Positions 1 to 12,120 of a stretch of 64,000 nt of DNA are shown here, piece after piece. The position numbers and the translations under genes are program-made. The notes beneath the pieces were generated by a model that ran no database searches, was not told the origin of the DNA, and saw only the letters and a program-made list of their open reading frames with translations. Each line of letters begins with the position of its first letter. The first letter of the stretch is position 1. The stretch comes from Narcine bancroftii (lineage: Eukaryota): contig NC_091478.1 of the NCBI RefSeq assembly GCF_036971445.1, forward strand, positions 14,322,001-14,386,000, in the 5' to 3' direction.

Positions 1-1886
1 AGCAGGGCGGAATCTTGGACTGAGCGGTTGGTACTGAAAAGAGATTGGAAGTGTTCTGACCATCGGTTGAGGATGGAGATCTTGTCGCTGAGGAGGACTT
101 TGCCGTCTGAGCTGCGCAGCGGGCTTTGGACTTGGGGTGAGGGGCCGTACACAGCCTTTAGAGCCTCGTAGAAACCCCTGAAGTCGCCAATGTCCGCGCT
201 GAGCTGTGTTCGTTTGGCGAGGCTAGTCCACCACTCATTTTGGATCTCCCGGAGTTTGCGCTGAAGATGGCTGCATGCGCGACGGAAGGCTTGTTTTTTC
301 TCTGGACAGGACGGCTTTGTAAGGTGAGCCTGGTGGGCAGCTCGCTTCTTTGCCAGCAGCTCCTGGATTTCCTGGCTGTTTTCGTCAAACCAGTCCTTGT
401 TTTTCCTGGAGGAGAAGCCCAGTACCTCTTCAGTGGATTGCAGTATGGTAGTCTTCAACTGATCCCAGAGGGTTTCAGGGGACGGGTCCGTGAGGCGGGT
501 TGCATCGTCGAGCTTTGCTTTGAGGTTTGCCTGGAAGTTTCCTCTCGCTTCGTCTGACTGCAGTTTTCCAACATTGAACCTCTTTCTGGGGGCTTTATTG
601 TTCCTGGGCTTTGGCTTGAAGTGAAGGTTGAGCTTGCAGCGAACCAGCCGGTGGTCAGTGTGGCATTCCGCGCTAGGCATGACCCTGGTGTGGAGCACGT
701 CTTGTTTGTCACTTTCTCGCACCAGGATGTAGTCCAGGAGGTGCCAGTGTTTGGATCGGGGATGCATCCAGGTGGTCTTAAGGCTGTCCCTCTGCTGAAA
801 AAGGGTGTTTGTAATGACAAGCCGCTGTTCTGCGCAGAGCTCCAACAGGAGGCGCCCATTGTCGTGGCACTTGCCGACGCCATGCTTGCCCAGGATTCCT
901 GGCCAGGTTTCTGAGTCTTTGCCGACACGAGCGTTGAAGTCGCCCAGGATGACAACCTTGTCGGCTGTAGGGGTACGTTGGATGAGGTTGCGCAGGTCGG
1001 TGTAGAACTTGTTCTTTTCTGCTGGTTCCGCCTGGAGGGTTGGAGCATAGACACTGATGAGGGTGATGTGACGCTTGTTTTGAAGTGGGAGTCGCATGGA
1101 CATGATTCGGTCCGAGAGGCCTGTCGGAAGGTTTTCGAGTTTGGAGGCAATGAAGCTCTTGACCATGAAGCCTACACCAGATAGGCGTCGTTCATCCGAA
1201 GGCTTGCCAGACCAGTAGAGTGTGTAGCCCGCGCCGCGTTCTTGGAGGCTGCCTACATCTGCCAGGCGGACTTCACTGAGAGCGGCTATGTCGATGTCAA
1301 GTCTGAGGAGTTCATGTGCAATGAGGGCAGACCGACGTTCAGGTCGGTGGCTGTCAGTCTTGTCTAGCATGGTTCTGATGTTCCAGCATGCTAGCTTGAG
1401 TTTGTGAGCATCTTTTGAGGGGGAGGACGTGGAGGGGGAGGACGTGGAGGGGGAGGACGTGGAGGGGGAGGACGTGGAGGGGGAGGACGTGGAGGGGGAG
1501 GACGTGGAGGGGGAGGACGTGGAGGGGGAGGACGTGGAGGGGGAGGACGTGGAGGGGGAGGACGTGGAGGGGGAGGACGTGGAGGGGGAGGACGTGGAGG
1601 GGGAGGACGTGGAGGGGGAGGACGTGGAGGGGGAGGACGTGGAGGGGGAGGACGTGGAGGGGGAGGACGTGGAGGGGGAGGACGTGGAGGGGGAGGACGT
1701 GGAGGGGGAGGACGTGGAGGGGGAGGACGTGGAGGGGGAGGACGTGGAGGGGGAGGACGTGGAGGGGGAGGACGTGGAGGGGGAGGACGTGGAGGGGGAG
1801 GACGTGGACCTGTCCTCGGGCCTGCGCAAAGGAGCTTTTAGGTGGAGTGCAGTGCGCGCAGTACTGGCCCCACCCTTTACACCCAT
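1..1886 (-). CDS. RTE LINE polyprotein N-terminus (APE endonuclease and linker); open through the window edge
   Basis: ATG at 1886 (MGVKGGASTARTALHLKAPLRRPEDR), then (STSSP)26, then SKDAHKLKLACWNIRTM... Manual translation shows no stop down to position 1. It is absent from the ORF track, presumably because its stop is outside the window. Confidence 0.85.
   Translation of the reverse strand, partial: MGVKGGASTARTALHLKAPLRRPEDRSTSSPSTSSPSTSSPSTSSPSTSSPSTSSPSTSSPSTSSPSTSSPSTSSPSTSSPSTSSPSTSSPSTSSPSTSSPSTSSPSTSSPSTSSPSTSSPSTSSPSTSSPSTSSPSTSSPSTSSPSTSSPSTSSPSKDAHKLKLACWNIRTMLDKTDSHRPERRSALIAHELLRLDIDIAALSEVRLADVGSLQERGAGYTLYWSGKPSDERRLSGVGFMVKSFIASKLENLPTGLSDRIMSMRLPLQNKRHITLISVYAPTLQAEPAEKNKFYTDLRNLIQRTPTADKVVILGDFNARVGKDSETWPGILGKHGVGKCHDNGRLLLELCAEQRLVITNTLFQQRDSLKTTWMHPRSKHWHLLDYILVRESDKQDVLHTRVMPSAECHTDHRLVRCKLNLHFKPKPRNNKAPRKRFNVGKLQSDEARGNFQANLKAKLDDATRLTDPSPETLWDQLKTTILQSTEEVLGFSSRKNKDWFDENSQEIQELLAKKRAAHQAHLTKPSCPEKKQAFRRACSHLQRKLREIQNEWWTSLAKRTQLSADIGDFRGFYEALKAVYGPSPQVQSPLRSSDGKVLLSDKISILNRWSEHFQSLFSTNRSVQDSAL
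1419..1808. repeat. Perfect 15-bp tandem repeat (GGGGGAGGACGTGGA)x26 inside the RTE ORF
   Basis: Directly visible; 390 nt = 26 identical units. Confidence 0.97.
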
Positions 1887-2429
1887 GGTTCGTGTGCCGT
1901 GGCCAAGCAAGCTGGGACGTGGCAGCGAGGTCCTTGAGTCGTAGGTTTTATATCGGAGTGGCCTTCTCCTATGCAGGTTTCTTACCCTTCTTAAAGGTCC
2001 TTTAAACACTCTTGGCTCATGGCTTGGCATCCTGAAAAACAGGTTGTGTGTCCCAACTGAAGTTAGCCACAATTAAATCTAGTAAATAGTGTGTAACAAA
2101 TGTTTAGATCCACATTGGCAGAGATAAATGGCATCTTTCAGACACATGGCTGGACATAACAATTGGCTCATTTGCAGCCGAATTGAGTGTGCCAATGTCA
2201 CATGCCAGAAACAGACATAGTGGTATCAAATTGGAGGGATAACTTCTTAAAATTGACTATGTCATACAAAGAAAATCAGTGAATTTCACCAAACCCAACT
2301 GACTTTAGGTAACAAATGTTGGCTATGATAATAATCCAGATCCAACTTACAAATATCAATGTGCTATTAAAGTTATAAATTGTGTTTTCACCAATAATAT
2401 AAACCAATCAATGTGCTTTACAATAAATA

Positions 2430-3270
2430 ATTGTTATTTGTTGTCTATATCAATGATAATATGATAAATTGGATCAAGTTTGATGATGACACTAAGATTG
2501 GAGGCGTTGTGGACAGCGAGGAAGGCTTTCAAAGCTTGAAGAGGGATCTGGACCAAATGAAAATGTGCTTGAAAAATGGCAGATGGAATTTAATGCAGAC
2601 CAGTGTGAGGTGTTGCATTTTGGAAGGACAAACCAAGGTAGGACATACATCGTAAATGGTAGGGCCCTGAGGAGTACAAAGGAACAAAGTGATCTGGGAA
2701 TACACATACATAATTACCTGAGAGTGGCATCACGGGCTGTAGAAGACATTGATGAGGCCAAATTTGGAGTATTGTATGCAGTTCTGATCACCTAACTACA
2801 GGAAGGATATCAGTAAGATCGAAAGAGTGCAGAGAAGATTTACTAGGATGTTGTCACGTTTCAGGAGTTGAGTTACAGGGAAGGATTAAACAGGTTAAAC
2901 TTTATTCCTTGGAGTGTAGATTTGGGGAGATTAGATCGAGGTTTCCAAATTTGTGAGGGGTATAGACAGAGTAAATGTGAGTAGGTTATTTCCACTTAGA
3001 TTTGGAGAGATAAATAGGAGAGGACATGGCCTTAGGGTGAAAATGGAAAGGTTTAGGGGAACATTACGAGGAACTTCTTCACTCAGAAAGTGGTGGGAGT
3101 GTTGCAGGCTCACTCAAGTTTTAAAAATAAATTGGATAGATGCATGGATGGGAAAGGTCTGAAGGATTACAGGCTGGGTGCAGGTCAATGGGACTTGCAG
3201 AATAATATTTTGGTATAGACTAGAAGGACCGAAAGGCCTTTTTTCTGTGATATAGTGTTCTATGGCTCTA
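2430..3270 (+). mobile_element. CR1-clade LINE 3' fragment (degenerate RT C-terminus and 3' tail)
   Basis: LFVVYIND, KFDDDTKIGGVVDSEEG, WQMEFNADQCEVLHFGRTN, RGHGLRVK; tail ttttctgtgatatagtgttctatggctcta. Confidence 0.88.
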
Positions 3271-4808
3271 AATAGATATTACAAATATTAATTAAAAATC
3301 CAAACAAACTATTTATGCAGCCTTTACGCGTTGCACATGTTACACAAGCAGAAAGATCTTACAGGTTTTATTAAATTTGCATTGATTTCAATTTGAGAGA
3401 AATGTATGGCATTTAATCTTAGAAACTTGACAATTTTTCATGTGCCTCAATATTATATTACTCTCTGATTGATCATTCAGAAGGGGGCACCCATTTAAAA
3501 TTTAATTAGGCTCAAAGAGCACTTTGGAAACAAGTGCTCAAAATAGTATGCTTCAGTACATGGAGAGAAAAAAATTGGTATCAACATTCTCCACCACTGT
3601 GGGAATGCTGAACTGTAGGGGTGCATTCCTTCCATTAAAACCTTAGGCTTGTTTCTTTGTGAAGAAAAACAAGTGGGCCATGGCCCTTGTCCAGCTCAAT
3701 ATCCATCTCTCAATCAACATCATTAAAAAGTTTTCTCATTATTACTGCTGTAGGTACAAGTGGAAGAGGGAGACTAATATACCTCATGTTGATCAGATTG
3801 CCTGCCATAATTTTTTAAGTGCAGATCTTTCACTTAGATTCTTTTTGCTGAGAAATGCAGCATTGTTTAAATGATAGGAGTGTGACTGATTTTTTTTTTC
3901 CAGTGCAACACTAAAGCTGAATTTTACTCTAGCCCAAGAAAGCATAAATTAGGGGAAAAAAATGTTTTTTTTAAATTAATATAATAGTTCATTTCATTAG
4001 TTGCAGAAATTGAAAGAACTTTCAATGCTGGCAGGGTATTATTTCAGAAGGCAAAATTCTGAATACAAGCCTAATTATTGACCTGAGTGGAAAGATCAAA
4101 AAGTAATTTAAAATGAGTCAGAAAAAAAAGTTCCACGCTAAGCCAATATCGGACTTCAAAGTTTGTGTACCTTTCCTATTGCTTCAATTTGAATGGTTAG
4201 AATCCTCCAGATTCATTGAAGCAAAAAGGAACATAATTTTACCACTGTAATGTGTGGTCTCAAGTTACGAGGCATCACGCCACAGCATTCAGTAACTTAA
4301 AAGGCTAATTAAATAACATACACATCAATATGTCAAATAAGCTCTTATTTAAAAACAAATATTTTATGCATAAAGAGAATATTCTTGAAATTCAATTCTA
4401 ATAAATTAGTTCAGCACTTCACTTTATGACTCTAATGTGGCCCTAATTTTAAATCCACAACAGCTTTACAAAAAAATTCTTAGTACTAAGTTACGATCTG
4501 AGAATTCTCAGATTAAAATTATAACTGAATGTTTTGTTATGGTCATCTGGCAAATCCAAGACTGATATCAGAAAATGAAGTTTGGAATTGCTTCTAAAAA
4601 TTCCTCGATTTACAGTGCTTGTTTTCTAACTTTCCCAAGCTCTTGTAGCTGGACTGATTTACAACAGCTTACAAACAAATAAAGAATACACTCACTCGTT
4701 TCTTACAGCACACCATGAAGTTGACTTTCTTTATTAAACCCTGGACACAATAATGCATTAGGACTATTGTGGATAGGACTATGAGAAATACAGTTGAACC
4801 TTATCATT

Positions 4809-5444
4809 GGACATGTGAGAAAGTAGAAAAATTTTGGGAAGATCTAAACCAGATATTAAATAAAATTACAGAAAACAATATACCAAAAAACCCAGAGATC
4901 TTCCTCCTAAGTAAGATAAAAAACAAAGAATTTGGACTTGATTTGGATGGTGCACAAAAAAGATTTGTTAAGATAGCTCTAGCCGTAGCAAAAAAATGTA
5001 TTATGTCAATCTGGAAATTAGAAGATAATTTGAGAATACAACAATGGTATATAGAAATGAATAAATGTATTCCATTAGAAAAAATAACATATAATTTAAG
5101 AAATAATATTGAAATATTTGAACAAATATGGGAGCCTTACATGAAACACAATAGAGAAAACCTACCGGGGACATTCACCACCTAAATTAACGAAAGGAGA
5201 AGGAAATGAAAAGAATTGACTCAGTGGAATTTCTTGTTTGTTTTTATTGAGTGACAACATTGTTTGACTGGTTTAATGTATCTTAGATTTTGTACTTTAA
5301 ATGGATGGGGAGAGGTAGGGAGGGTGGGATGGGAAGGGGGGGGGGGGGGGAGAAAACAACACTGTATATATTTGAGAAGGAAAATGTATGTATCTTGGTC
5401 AATGTGGTTTATGGTATGAAAAATAATTTTTTTTTTTTAAAAAA
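4809..5444 (+). mobile_element. L1/Tx1-like LINE, heavily 5'-truncated (ORF2 C-terminus, 3' UTR, A-rich tail)
   Basis: WTCEKVEKFWEDLNQIL...QQWYIEMNKCIPLEKITY. Candidate 13-bp TSD gaacct(t/c)atcatt at 4796-4808 and 5445-5457. Confidence 0.88.
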
Positions 5445-5494
5445 GAACCTCATCATTAACAGTGAATCCATATTTATTAAACAAAGAGGACACT

Positions 5495-5950
5495 TTGTGT
5501 GTCTTGGAGCTGAAGGCCTTTTCCTGGGAGCAGATGTGGCAGAGGAATTGAGAGAAAGGGATGGTGCCCTGACAAGAGAGAGAGAGTGGGAAGAGGTATT
5601 ATCCTGGTAGCTGTGAACCAGTAGGTTTGTAATAGATGTTTGTGGATGAAATGGAGACAGACTGGTCAAAGGAGTGAGAGGTGTCAGAAGCCATTCAAGT
5701 AAATTTAAGGGCAGGGTGGAAGTTGGCCAAATTAATTAAATTGTCAAGTTCTGCCCAGGTACGGAAGCTAGCACCAATGCAGCTGTTGATGAGGCAAAGG
5801 AAGAGTTGAGGAGTGGTACCCAAGTAAGATTGGAACTGGGACTGTTCCACAGACCTGACGAACAGGCGGGTGTACCCATGTGTGTGTCCAGGGCTAAATC
5901 ATGCATTGGGAGAAGACAGAGGAGAAGGTGTTAAGGGTGAGGACAAGTCT
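5495..5950 (-). mobile_element. Penelope-like element RT fragment, degenerate
   Basis: Purine-rich plus strand similar to the Penelope-like copies at 25.2-26.4 kb and 38.7-39.8 kb (shared ttgggagcagatgtggc(a/g)gag-like segment). Confidence 0.55.
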
Positions 5951-7636
5951 GATAAGGGAAAAATAAGGGGTTGTATTAAAAGAGACACAAGGAAAATGAT
6001 TGCAATGAACCTGAAAATAGCTGTGATTAAGAATGCAGCAAGCAATGGCCACTTAGAAAATAACATAGGTAAACAATATTTATGTGTTTATATATATGGT
6101 ACATAAACTAAATTTGTTAAGTGTAACTTCCGCACAAAAATAAAGATAATAAAGAACAAAATCAATAAACTGTAAAAGATTGATAATTAAAATTAATATA
6201 AATCTGAAAGCTTCAATTACTCTAGTCTCAAACCATTTTTTCCATTCAGCTTGACTCCATTATAAGCAGAAAGCTACTAGAATGCATGGTTTAAAAAATA
6301 TCCTTTCACGTTCTGCAAACTGTTTTAATTGCAGGAATTAAAATTCTTTCAAAAGGACAATATGCAGCTGAATAGGGTGCCTTGGAGTACTTGGGGATAA
6401 GGTTTCTACTTTCCCCTCCATCTTGGGCCACAAACAGACCCTTCCAGATGAGGTAGAACTTTACATGCACATTGTCCAATTTAACACAGTCAGCGTTGGA
6501 CCTGTATGAGGTCCGCCCGGCGGAAACTGGTGCGCGAGGTCAGCCTGACAATTACACAAGTAATTGATAAGGATGATTATACCATGTCAGCCTCACAGTC
6601 AGGAGGGTATAAGGTCAGCTTGACAATATCAACTATAAAAGGTTCATGACGCTGTTCAAATTAATAACTTGTTCTTGATCAAAGAATTTCTGCTGGAATC
6701 CTTTTGTGCATTCAATTCAATCCCATATTCCTGCTCATTTCTTGGAACCCTGAAATGTCGTCCTTCCTGTACCTGCCAAGTTCCTGATTGACCCCACCAC
6801 ACCGAGAGGAAGCGAGTTACAAACATAACCCCTATAGAGAATCGTCCGCCAAGTGGAAAAACCTCTTATTCCTTACATCACCCCATCATCATCTTGAATT
6901 GTTCAGTCCAACTTTCTTCCCGAGAACTCGTTGAGTAAACATTTTCTACATTCACCAGGATCGTCGTAGCCTCTCCTGCACTGACTTCAGTTGTTTATTC
7001 TTTGCTTGTGTTTATGAAGCCATTTGCTTTATTTCTGCTCCCTCGCTATGCACGAGTTGTTCTATTCCTGCACATCTTCAGACGAAGCCATTTGGTTCAT
7101 ATTATCTCCTCCTGATTCCCTTTAACAAAATGTACCACCTCACATTTCTAGGTATCAAATTTTATTAACAATTTATCTATCCATTCTGACAACCTGTGTC
7201 TGCTTGCAATCTAATTACTATTCTCACTGATTACCACAGCTCCAAGTTGTGTTACGTTTTGGGTAACTGGCTCAAATACAAGTCCTGTTACAGCACAGTT
7301 CACTCTGGTACTCGGATAAAATTATGGTCACCTATTCATTAATTAAACAACCAAACTATTATAATATTGCAAGACTCAATGGTGATCAATGTTTCTACGA
7401 GGTGCAGATATTTGTACATATTGTCCTGCCTCACTCACTGTGGCATGATATGGTGAAGGAATGATCCACCTTATCTTTCAGCAGTACATGGCCTCTAAAC
7501 TGAAAATAAATCATGATGTAACCCACAGGTCTGAGCCTCATGGCTTAATTAAGAAACAGATCCCTGGGAACAACAAGGCATTATGCAAACTACTTAACAT
7601 TGACTATACAAACTAAATAAAACTCCCATTACTTAC

Positions 7637-7741
7637 ATCACTGACCACATTTTGTTTCTGAGGAACTTGTACAACCTCTGGATTTGCAACATAAGTAGAA
7701 TACCAACCGTCATCTCCTCCATAAGCAGTCCGATAAGTATT
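7637..7741 (-). CDS. NRAP: NRAP coding exon 5 (105 nt, nebulin-module-sized)
   Basis: ag|NTYRTAYGGDDGWYSTYVANPEVVQVPQKQNVVSD|gtaagt. Resembles the human NRAP RAYWTGYGEGNAW...DPEIVRM segment; phase 0/0. Confidence 0.88.
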
Positions 7742-8641
7742 CTTCAATGTTAGAAAAATGAAAAAAAACTATTTTTTTTTAAACAAGGGACAAATTTTAA
7801 AATATACAACATAAAATGTCATTAACATACTAAGGTAAATGGTTCTGTTCTAACCTCATTGATGAGTTCCAGATTTTTCTGTGCTTGACAAATGCCTGGT
7901 GGTGGTAGGTGATACAATTCATTTGTTGCCTCGCATTCTTTTCTATTTTGCACCTACAAACCAGAGTATTTAAGAATTTGTTTGCATGTGAGGAAAAAAA
8001 ATTCCCTTAGAGACGAGAAGGAAAACACTGATTATTGAAAAATTGCAGGGGCCACAATAATTTTCAACCTTTGAATATAGACCCAGAAAAATCTTCACTA
8101 AATGTTACTAAATGTTGTCACCAAAAGGCAGGTTTCTTTTCTAATTCGAAAGCAATTATTACAGATGTAATGTAGTCATTTTGATTTTGTATATTAGTGT
8201 AAAATGGATGATCATTAGAAGCCCACCACATCTCTTCAGGAATTTATTACCATTGACCACACAGGATCTGAAAATCTATTGTGTGATGTCTGCCCATATC
8301 TCTACTGCTAACTCCATTAAAGTTTATACAGTCATTGCAAGAGCCCTCAATTCCTAAGTCTTCATCCCACCCCAAGTCTGGTCCTTGATTCCATTTGAGA
8401 TAATTGCACCATCTGTATTGAGCATCCCAAATAAAAAGGCTTATGTCATGGAAATTCAAAGTGAATAGCTATGAAGGGATACTCTGCAAACCCATCTAGG
8501 AACTCACTTCTGGTTAGTGGATTGCATTCTGACCAGAGTTACAGTCAGTTTTCGTCAAAATGCCCATAGATTTTCAGGGCCACTGTGTTATTCACAACTA
8601 ATTATGATGTCCATACGGGTCAATAAAATTAAGTTGCTTAC

Positions 8642-8746
8642 CTTACTGGCAAGTCGCCCAACAGTGCAAGCATGCTCTATTTGTTTCGACTTTACATCCC
8701 ATTGAAAAACTGATTTGAATTTTTCGGCTTCCTCACGGTACTTAAT
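8642..8746 (-). CDS. NRAP: NRAP coding exon 4 (105 nt)
   Basis: ag|IKYREEAEKFKSVFQWDVKSKQIEHACTVGRLASK|gtaagc. Resembles human KSVFHWDMKSK. Confidence 0.92.
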
Positions 8747-9414
8747 CTATGTACAAAAATTAGGTAGACAGTTTATGATGATGAATTTTAAAATAACTTT
8801 TTTTTTTGGGGGGGGGGAACCTATGCAGTTGTAATTTCTCTTCAATTCATCACGAAAAAAAATCCCAATCATTTATCTTTAACAATTAATGCCATGACAT
8901 CATCTAGTTTCCACATCATCAATATCCTGTGGGCCACCATTTACTTGCATCTTAACTAGAATAGCTAGAGATGGTCAGAGTCTATTGATCCAAATTTCTA
9001 GAAATGTTTTACATAGTAAAAGGAGGCCATCTGTCCCTTCGAGTCGCTGCTTTCTCTCAGAGCAATTTCATCAGTCCCATTCACCTTAGTTATTTCCCCA
9101 AAATCAATTCTCTCCCATTCCCATCAACTCTCATTAAGTCTCCTATGGGTGAACTATATTCAGAATAAGTTACAACAATAAGTACCGGGAAGAAGCTCAA
9201 ACTATCATATAATGAAAATGCAAACTCCACACGGACAGCATCAGAGGTCAGGATTGAACGATGTTCATCTGTGAAGCCCTGACTCACCTATGCCTTGCCA
9301 TCATCTTCAAGGTTTTAAAAAAAAGGTAGAATGTAGATTCTAAATCACTCAAGCTCAATACTATCCAGTATATTGACAGTCCATCAACTATCTGAAAAAC
9401 TCATCACCTTTACC

Positions 9415-9640
9415 ATGGATAGCACAGTTAGCGCAATGCTGTTACAGCTCCAGCAGTTGGGACAGGGGTTCAAATCCTGCGCTGTCTGTACTGTCTCCCC
9501 ATCTCGGCGTGGATTTCCTCCAGGTATTCAGCTTTCCTCCCACCGTCCAAAATGTACCAGGAGTTGTAGGCCAAATAGGCAGCATGAGCTCATGAGCCAA
9601 AAGGGCCTGTTACCATGCTGTATGTCTTAATTTAATTTAA
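9415..9640 (+). mobile_element. tRNA-derived SINE (V-SINE/HE1-like)
   Basis: A/B-box-like head (gttagcgcaatgctgttacagc...ggggttcaaatcc), central tttcctcc...ttcctcccac segment, and tail gggcctgttaccatgctgtatgtct(taatt)n. A related antisense copy lies at about 9015-9295. Confidence 0.7.
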
Positions 9641-11136
9641 AGGCATTGTGTCTGCAGTCATAAATATCTGCAAAATATATTGCCACAACTTACCTAGGTG
9701 TTTTCAACAGCACCTCCCAAACCGGCCACCCAAGAAAAATCAAGGAATAACCTCTGCTGACTACCTGAAATATCTCTCCATCCATACTTTGTTATGGAGT
9801 CAAAATTCTGATAACACCCATACTCAGCCACACATTGGTAACTCCTCCTGCAAGGACTGCAGCAGTTCAAGCAGGCAACTCTGTTGGGCATTTGAAAATG
9901 GAGAATAAATGTTGGGGATGCTCACATTCGGAAAGCAAATAAACATATCCCAATTTTTAAAAAAAAAACAGTTATAATGAGCTCTGATGCATCTGTTATT
10001 TCCTTGTGGGGCTGTTCAAAGTCACCTATTTTCAACCTGAGAGCTTCAGGAAAATTGTATAGATTGAGTTAAACTCTTCTCTTCAAATAACTCCGGTATA
10101 AAGAATAAAGAATTCAATTTATAGCATAAAAACAGCAAATAAATGTAACAGATTAAACAATGTAGCTAATGAATTATAAATATTTTCATTATTTCATTTA
10201 TGTGTTTGTCCAGTAAAAAAAAAAGCAGAATTTTAACTCCAATAAATGGTTCAGTGCTGATAAAATTCAATTTTACAAACACATGCACATTTTATGGTAG
10301 CATTTAAGAAGATTTCTATTTCAGAAACTACAGTAATGAGCTGTAAAATGATACATTTCCTGGTTTCCTCCATGAATGCATTTTAAATCCACACACACAA
10401 AATCAAAATTCATATTACCATTATGTTCAGTTACTGGTATCAGTGAAAAAGGACAGTGAATTATGCTTTTATTTCCTTTTACCAAAGTTTACACAAATAA
10501 GATGTGTTCCTTTTAAAACAGAAGGAAATTGAATATTCTCAAGTAAAAAAATTAAAATTTGCATTCCAGTTACTGCAGAATAAGTTCAACCAAATATAAA
10601 GTTCAACTTTAGTTGGGGTTAAATAATATACCATTAAAAATTCATTTAAAAAAAAACAAAGGACATGCGAATAAGATTTGTAAAACATTTCGTTACATTT
10701 TAGGCAGAACATATTGTTATTTGTCCAAAGCAACCGCAATTAGGACCCTTATACTCGAATCACTAAAAATCACAGAAATTGTGATTTCTGGCTGAAAGTT
10801 CACAGGACACGACAAAGAGGGAGAAATAAGGAGGAGCAAAGTTGAGTCATCTTTTACATGAATTCTTGCTGCGGTTGCTCTGCCACAGACTCATTCCAAA
10901 TTGTGGATGTCACCGAGAACAGGTTTATTGAAACCTGTCCAGCCTGACGTGCTCGCGGACATCTGGTCATTAGTTACTTACGATGTTGCAACTCCTATCC
11001 TGTTTAAATTGATACACTGCTCATTCAGAGAGGGGGAACTGTTGCGACCCATGAGACGTTGTTTCACTGGCAGGTGGCTGGAGTGATCTTTGAGAACAAA
11101 ATGCTTTCACGTCCGATTAGAATACCATGTACCCAC

Positions 11137-11221
11137 CTCACTGGACTTGCTTTGTTTCTTCACGTTCAAGTTTAAAGGGGTGTCAAGTATACTGGTGAAC
11201 TTGTTGAGTTTGGGATTGTGC
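11137..11221 (-). CDS. NRAP: NRAP coding exon 3
   Basis: ag|(A)HNPKLNKFTSILDTPLNLNVKKQSKSSE|gtgggt; completes the LIM domain; phase 2/0. Confidence 0.93.
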
Positions 11222-11540
11222 CTACCGATGTAAAAAAAAAGCATTGCATATAAATTACAAAAGTGAAATCAATCGAATTCCCTTGCAATTTCACTTTAAA
11301 AGTTGCCCAGTCAATCATTCAATCTATTCTATTAATAGATTGGAGCATTCTCATGGTAGAAAGATCTAAAAATAAAATCGCAGAGAAACCACGACAAAAA
11401 CTAAAATAGATTACAATTACTTTATGCGTTTAATTTGATGATTTCGATGTACAGCAGTGGCACCTTTTAAAGGTGTATGAATAAAATGAAAACTTTCTTA
11501 AGTGGCAATACTCCACATATTAATATCCAAAATCACTTAC

Positions 11541-11635
11541 GCCTGGCAATAGGGTTTCTTCTGGTGGCTAATAAAATTGTTAACCGTTAGGATCATTTTG
11601 CAGACCTCGCAATGAAAACAAGACTTGTGCCATGT
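11541..11635 (-). CDS. NRAP: NRAP coding exon 2 (LIM domain)
   Basis: cag|[31 protein letters not shown](A)|gtaagt; 95 nt. Confidence 0.95.
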
Positions 11636-11713
11636 CTGTAGACACAAAATGCACGTTATTCAATGTCCACAATCTTTCTTAACTTCAACGAACGTCCGGC
11701 AATATTCACTGAC

Positions 11714-11782
11714 CTGATCCAAGCAAACTAATTTCTCCGCGGGATAAACCCCGGATCCACAGCGGGCGCACGGTGCATTCAT
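11714..11782 (-). CDS. NRAP: NRAP coding exon 1 (LIM domain start)
   Basis: ATG at 11782: MNAPCARCGSGVYPAEKLVCLDQ|gtcagt; 78-nt intron 1. Divergent from CASP7, as in human 10q25. Confidence 0.95.
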
Positions 11783-11899
11783 TTTAATTATGAGTTGATA
11801 AAACCACGAAAGAGCCCTTCCCTTCCCTTCCCTTCCCCCGAGTTGCCTCCCCCCCCCCCACCAATTCACTTGGTCGAAGTTAGAACCTGTTGCAAGCAG

Positions 11900-12120
11900 T
11901 CAACGGGCTTTATTCATGGCCAAACTGGACGTCCCCGTTCCTCGCCCATTGGTTGAAACGTCCCGTTACAGGCAGAACCCAGCTTGAGTAAGGTTACCAG
12001 AGCTGTCCATCATTGTATCAGATTTAAGTCGGGAGAATGACTCGGTCTCATGAAGATCTTATCCCAAAATAGGAGGAAGTAATATGTTGCTAAATACGAT
12101 TTGACGTCAACCACATCCAG
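11900..12120 (-). promoter_or_regulatory. Putative NRAP proximal promoter
   Basis: CCAAT (minus strand) near 11948-11952; perfect CArG box CCAAAATAGG at 12064-12073 with adjacent AGGAAGT ETS core at 12074-12080; palindromic CRE TGACGTCA at 12102-12109. Confidence 0.5.

Larger units (their letters stand above)
1..1990 (-). mobile_element. RTE-clade LINE (BovB/RTE-like), 5' part, in an NRAP intron; continues beyond the left window edge
   Basis: Minus-strand translation gives APE endonuclease motifs LACWNIRTM, LDIDIAALSEVR, YAPT, ILGDFNARVG, TWMHPRSKHWHLLDYILV, ECHTDHRLV, followed by KNKDWFDEN, typical of RTE ORFs. The 5' boundary is approximate. Confidence 0.92.

Noticed and set aside
1887-1995. 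Possible HDV-like ribozyme in the RTE 5' UTR (gccacgtcccagc)
   Set aside because: The P3 and P1 pairings needed for the nested double pseudoknot could not be built by eye.
1415-2005. Plus-strand ORFs (RGRTW)n and (EGEDV)n
   Set aside because: Antisense read-through of the 15-bp repeat; the real frame is the minus-strand RTE ORF.
4696-4740. Candidate 45-nt phase-0 NRAP micro-exon (ag|GLIKKVNFMVCCKKR|gtgagt, minus strand)
   Set aside because: No nebulin signature; the next expected NRAP exon (…YEQxRGKGSFPAMITP) was not found and probably lies outside the window. RNA-seq would be needed to revive it.
7637-11782. Identity as LASP1, nebulette/LASP2 or nebulin
   Set aside because: KSVFQWDVKSK and HNPK...TPLNLNV match NRAP, and adjacency to CASP7 is NRAP synteny.
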